This document shows, in pieces, positions 58,343 to 64,000 of a DNA stretch of 64,000 nt. Position 1 is the stretch's first letter, and each line of letters begins with the position of its first letter. Origin of the DNA: Octopus sinensis (Eukaryota); contig NC_043003.1 in NCBI RefSeq assembly GCF_006345805.1, positions 91,326,001-91,390,000 of the forward strand. The letters run 5' to 3'. Made by a program: the position numbers and the translations under genes. The notes under the pieces are model-generated. The model ran no database searches, was not told the origin of the DNA, and worked only from the letters and a program-made list of their open reading frames with translations.

Positions 58343-61300
58343 AAGAGGTCTTAGGCCAGCAGTGATTGGGGTCTGAAAGTACACTGTAAGCCTAAACCCC
58401 TTATGAACAAGAAACCCAGGGTAACCCCATAAACTGGCCTCCCCATTATAATATTAACTGCTCTACATCTTAGAGTGAGCTTCTCCTCTGGATTTATGTA
58501 TTTCTACAAACGATATATATATATATATGAGAGGTTGGTACCTAGAAAACCCAAAGAGTGATAGGTAATGCTAAATAAGTGCTATGGACAGACCATAGTT
58601 AAACTCTTGGTTCGATAATGATATGAGTGAGGAGTCTAATGTTGGTCTTGTATAAGCATGTATATATATGTTAGACAAAATGAGATAACAAGGCCAAGGC
58701 TGTGAGGAGTTTTCAGGACATTTATAAGGAAAAAGATATAGATATAGTTTTACAGCTGTTCCTGGGATATTATGGATATCCCTTCATCAGAGACAATGTG
58801 AGATGGATAAATAGAGGTAAATATTTGAGTTTGAAATAAGGAATCATTATGGAAAAGGAGGAGATAGGGAATATAGAAGGAAATAAGAGAATGAAATTAG
58901 AAATAAAATATAAAATATATAAAGATATTATAGTTGCAGTTCTATTATTCGAGGAAAGTGGTGTATAGAAGAGGTAAAAAAGTTTCCTGTACATGGTATG
59001 TAAGTTCATATTTAGTCATTTCAAAGTATGAAGCCATGGATTCTGTGTTGCTCATTTGAAAGGGTCTTGTGGAGTGAATTATTAAAATTTGAGAATGTAT
59101 TGGTAGTACTTGTGGATAGATGGTAGGGGGAGATGTGTATGATTAGAATGAGGAGATAGGTCAAAATGAAGACAGGAAGAGAAAATGAGAAGAAAGAGAG
59201 AAAAAGAAAAAATGAAAGAAAAAAGAGAAAAATATGAAAAGAGTGAAAACAGTTAAGAAAGTGCAAAAGAAGTGAGAAAAGGAGTGTTAGTTGGTGGTCA
59301 AGATAATGTGAGGGGAAGATGGGAGAGGAGTGAGGGAGGGGTAGGAAGAGATGAGCAGGTAAGGAATGAATAAGTGTGAGATATGTGAATAGGGATGATA
59401 TGATAGAGCTGCATTAAGGGATAGGTAGAGAAAAGATATGGGCGGGGTGATACCAAATTGTGTAGTAGTTTTAGTAGTAAATTTTAAAGTGGATTGAAGA
59501 ATACAGGGTTGTCAAATTTCAATAAATAGATGTATGTAATTGTATATGTTAGAGTGGTTGGTAGGAATCAGAGAGGAGGAAAGAAGGTGTAATGACATAC
59601 ATATGTGTGCACACTTGTACATATACATATGCACATATACACACATACATATATATGCATATACATACACATACATATATATACATGCATACTCATGTGC
59701 ATTCATGAATGTATATGTGCATACATATTCAAATATATGCAAACACACATACATATGCACAGGTGCAAACATGCTTACACAGTCACACGCATGTGCACAT
59801 ACAGGTATATACGTCTACATATATACACATACACACACTCTCTCATATTTGTATACACATATGCATGTACGTATACATACACACACATATATATATATAT
59901 ATTTATACATACATATGACCACATACATATACATACACAAATATAAATATGGATGTCCATGAGCATGCATGTATATATATGTATGTATATGTATATGAGT
60001 ATGTATATATATGCATGTGTGTGTATATGTATGTATGTATGCATATGTGTGCATGTATATGTATGTGTGTGCACACATACGTATGTTATTATTCTGCTAC
60101 TTTTCATCCTATTTTTTACACTGTCAGTTATTTCTCCCTTACCTCATTCCAATTTATATCATTAATCACCCCTCAACCCTACCAAATTCCTACAGTTGTC
60201 ACCTACTCTTCCTTTTACTCGGCCTTCCCGCTTATCCCTCAACACTTCATTATAGTCTCTATCCCACCCATTCCTTTCTCACCATTTTTTCATTCTCTTG
60301 CACATTTTTGAAAATTATAGTGCAGAATATATCTATAAATTCTTAATTCACTCTATATATATACAGATACATCTAAACGTTGTTTTTATAAGGGAGTTTA
60401 TGTAAGTATATCAATTTTCTACCATTAGGGTTTTCTACCATTAAGGTTCATTCATTTGTTCATTTAAGTCTTGTTGTTAAATAAAAAATTAGCTGTGGTT
60501 GTCTAGAATGTTTTGAATTTTGGTTGCATAGAAATGAGTCTAGAGAATAGTGGTAAGGGAGAATATAGGCTGAATATAATTTAAAAAGAAACCTTGACCC
60601 ACCTACCCTAATGTATGACATTTATAGTTTGAGGAGGTGATTTATATAAGGCTCTAAATCAGGGCTGTTCTTGCTAAAGCATGACAAACATGATAAACCA
60701 TTACTATTTAGTTAGAAAACAACTTGCTGAAAAAAATGAGAAAGAAATCACTTGAATATATTCAAGGAACCCTCAACATAACACAACAGACATATACTAA
60801 ATGGTGGTGGTGGTAGTTGTTGTTGTCATTGCTGTTGTCATTGTTGTATTACTCCAGGTCAACCTTGATCAAGCAGAGCTATGTTCAAAGGCATTCCAGC
60901 AACAACCATCTCATCTTTTGGTGAGGTATCTAGGGCTATTATTGGCAAATGTGTCCTTTTTTTAATATTTAACAGAGGTGTGGTTTGAGAAAGAGTTGGT
61001 TGCTATTTTTGGTACATCAGTGACCATATAGATGCTTCCTTATTGACTCAGTTACAGGTGACACTGTTTAAATCTGCCTGTGTTACCTATTTAAGGTATT
61101 TAAAGTTGGATAGCCTTCCTGCTGTCAACCACCATCACTGAGTAAAGGCAAAATAATCAATAGATATGATTATATTCATGGTTTGCTGGGTCAAATCCAT
61201 GGCAGATGTCTCATGATGCCTCTAAACAGTTCTTTTACATAACTGTATATTCAGGAAAGTCACCAGCAATAGGTATCTTAAAATAACAATAGCAGTAGCA

Positions 61301-63048
61301 GCAGCAGCAACAATAATAGCAAAAAAAATTGAAAGTAAATGACAAAGAAGAAGAGAGAAATTATTAAAACAATCTGAGGAAAAGGAAGAACAAGAAGAAG
61401 AGGAAAAATTAGACAAAAATTGAAGATCTATAATAATAAGAAGAAACCAAAAAAAAAATGAAGACGTAAATTGCTTCTTTCCATGTATATATTATGATGT
61501 ACAACCCACTGTGACTCACTGAGCATTTTTGCTATCTTATCACATTCTCAAAGTTTTTAGAGGTTTTGTTTTACAGACACATTTTCTCCCCCTTGCCCCA
61601 CTTAGCTCAAAATGAATTAAAGAAAGTAGGAAATGGGTGAAAAATAAAATGCCTCTACATCATTTCAGTGACCATACATTACAAAACAGATTTGCAGGAG
61701 AGGTCTGTAATTTGCCAAAACATTATGGCCTGAAGGAAACTGACATATTTTAAAGAAACGTTAGTTAAAAAAAAATCATTATTTGTTTTATCTCCATTGT
61801 ATCAATGTTATCAGCTCATGAAACTGAAGCATGCAGAGTTCCTGAACTTACTGATATTGCAACAGAACAGACAGACATATGTGTGTGGGAGGGGGTACAG
61901 AATAAGGAGTTTAGGGCGGGGATGTTACTGCTGTAGCACTTATAGACATCCTCAACTGCATCGAGAAAACAAGTCATCCTCACTGCCACACTCCAGCCCC
62001 TGGCTCCCAGGCAGCCTGTTTGTCCTTTTCTCTGTCCTTTTCTACTGCTACTATAATATCTTCACGGATCCCCAAAGCTGGTTAGATTCCTGCAACTTTC
62101 ACACTGGTACTCCTAACTCACTCTTATTCCTTCTCTCTTTACTTTTGTAGGGTACAACTGCCACCCACAAACTGTGCATTACTTTCTGCACCATGTATTT
62201 CCTTCCATTAGCTCCTTTCTGAGTCATATAAACTCATATGGCCAGTTTCCCTGTTTCTGTGGCATGCACATTCTGCACCCCACCCGTCTCTGGATAGGAT
62301 GCCCGTCCATTACAGGAATATACACTTTTTGCCAGCTGAATTGACTGGAACAATGTGAAATGAAGTGTTTCACTCAAGAAGACAATGCATTATTCAATCC
62401 AGGAATGAAAACTACAATCTTACGATCAAGAGTCCAACACTCCAACCACTGAGACCATACACTTCCACTTCACAAGTATTAGATTGGTGTTGGTGTGAGA
62501 ACAGGAGGGGAAATGGTGAGTGTTATGTGGTGTTATGAAGGAGAGAGGGCGAGGGAAAGAGAGAAATGGGGAGAAAGAGAAGAAGAGAGAGAGAAAGAGA
62601 AAATCAGGAAATATAATATTGTTTCTCATTTAGGCACAAGATCAGCAATTTGGAGAGTAAGAGGAAGTCTATTAAATCAACCCCAGTACCTGATTGGAAC
62701 TTTATTTTATCGATCCTAAAAGGACAAAAGGCAAAGTTGGATTCAGTGGGAGTTGAACCCACAATGTAAAGCAATGGAGCAAATGTTGCAGGCCTTTTTT
62801 TTGTCTGATATTCTAACAAATTTTACTAATCCACAATAATTGCTTCTAATTTAGGCATAAGGCTAGTTGTTTTGAGGAGACAGTGACATTAGATATCACC
62901 TCCAGTACTTGACTGGTTGTCTCCATTCCATTGAACCCTGAAAAGAGTAAACACAAAGTTGATCACCAGTGATATCTGAACTCAGAATGCAAAAGAGTTG
63001 GAACAAATATATGGTATTTTTTCATTGTTCTAACCATTTTGCTATGGG

Positions 63049-63530
63049 GGAATTCTTGTTTAAGCACACCATATAACCCCTAATAACCTTTTTATTTTTT
63101 GGAATTTTCAGAAATTTTTTTAAGAATTTGCATTCTACACTCAAGAATTCATATGATTATGAAAACAATTTCTTAAAAAAATTTTTTTTTAATTCCCCAT
63201 ACCCAATAAATGCTAAAATTTCCACTCTTTTTCCAAATAAAAGAAAATACAGTCTAAATTTTTTTGCTTAAATCTCAGCAATGGATTACCCTTGGGTGCA
63301 TTATCATTCCGTTTTATCAGAAGAAAAATTTTGTCAGAGTGACAAAGAAATGAGGAAGGTATCAGGTGGTCGTGGGATGTGCTAAAAACACCAGCTAAAT
63401 CACCATTAAATCACACACAAATTTTTTTTCTTTTTCTGCATAACTAATTCCTATGTGTAGAATACAACTTCACAAGAATTTCCTGAAAATTTGAAAATAT
63501 AGTAATATGGGATGCTTAAACCAGAAATCC
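63049..63530. mobile_element. Old MITE-like element with imperfect TIRs
   Basis: GGAATTCTTGTTTAAGCACACCATAT vs reverse complement of ATATGGGATGCTTAAACCAGAAATCC; inner ttctacac/gtgtagaa. Confidence 0.55.
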
Positions 63531-63682
63531 ATCTTTGCTATTCCCCAAATAGCAATTTTAATTTAGGTACAAAGACAAAATTTGAATTCAGAACATAACA
63601 GAGTGAGAACAAATGCTACAAGCCAGTTTTTCTGACTTTTTAACGATTCTATCAGCTGGCTGTCTTCTACTAACCCATACTC

Positions 63683-64000
63683 TCTCTTTTTACTCTTTTA
63701 CTTGTTTTAGTCATTTGACTGCGGCCATGCTGGAGCACCGCCTTTTAGTCGAGCAAATCGACCCCGGGACTTATTCTTTTGTAAGCCCAGTACTTATTCT
63801 ACCGGTCTCTTTTGCCGAACCGCTAAATAACGGGGACATGAACACACCAGCATCGGTTGTCAAGCAATGCTAGGGGGACAAACACAGACACACAAACATA
63901 TCCACGCACATATATATATATACATATTACGACGGGCTTCTTTCAGTTTCCGTCTACCAAATCCACTCACAAGGCTTTGGTCAGCCCAAGGCTATAGCAG
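63683..64000 (-). mobile_element. tRNA-derived SINE family A, runs off the window
   Basis: Reverse complement of the 5525/52428/55990 family. Confidence 0.85.

Overview
AT-rich, microsatellite-dense eukaryotic DNA. The repeat style (tRNA-SINEs, RTE LINEs with (GAT)n tails, long (TA/CA)n and (ATT)n) suggests an octopus or other cephalopod; this is an inference. Three protein-coding genes were reconstructed by hand, two of them largely missed by the ORF track. (1) RPL3, minus strand, 8 coding exons 15148->7355, 402 aa, with TCT/TOP initiator and TATA. (2) NDUFB10, plus strand, 4 exons 15585->26518, 163 aa, head-to-head with RPL3 across about 440 bp, like vertebrate RPL3L-NDUFB10. (3) A class A GPCR with an intronless CDS, minus strand, 30931->29930, convergent on NDUFB10. 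RPL3 introns hold a candidate H/ACA snoRNA (intron 7), a Merlin/IS1595-like transposon with 8-bp TSD (intron 5) and a structured alternative 3' splice site in intron 3 that would create a premature stop, like the mammalian RPL3 splicing/NMD autoregulation. The rest is transposon-derived: mariner, Merlin, RTE, CR1, R4/Dong and Penelope remnants, several minimal hammerhead-ribozyme motifs, head-to-tail Helitron concatemers, tandem SINE arrays, MITEs and a satellite derived from a LINE 3' UTR. All calls come from reading the sequence; no searches were run.
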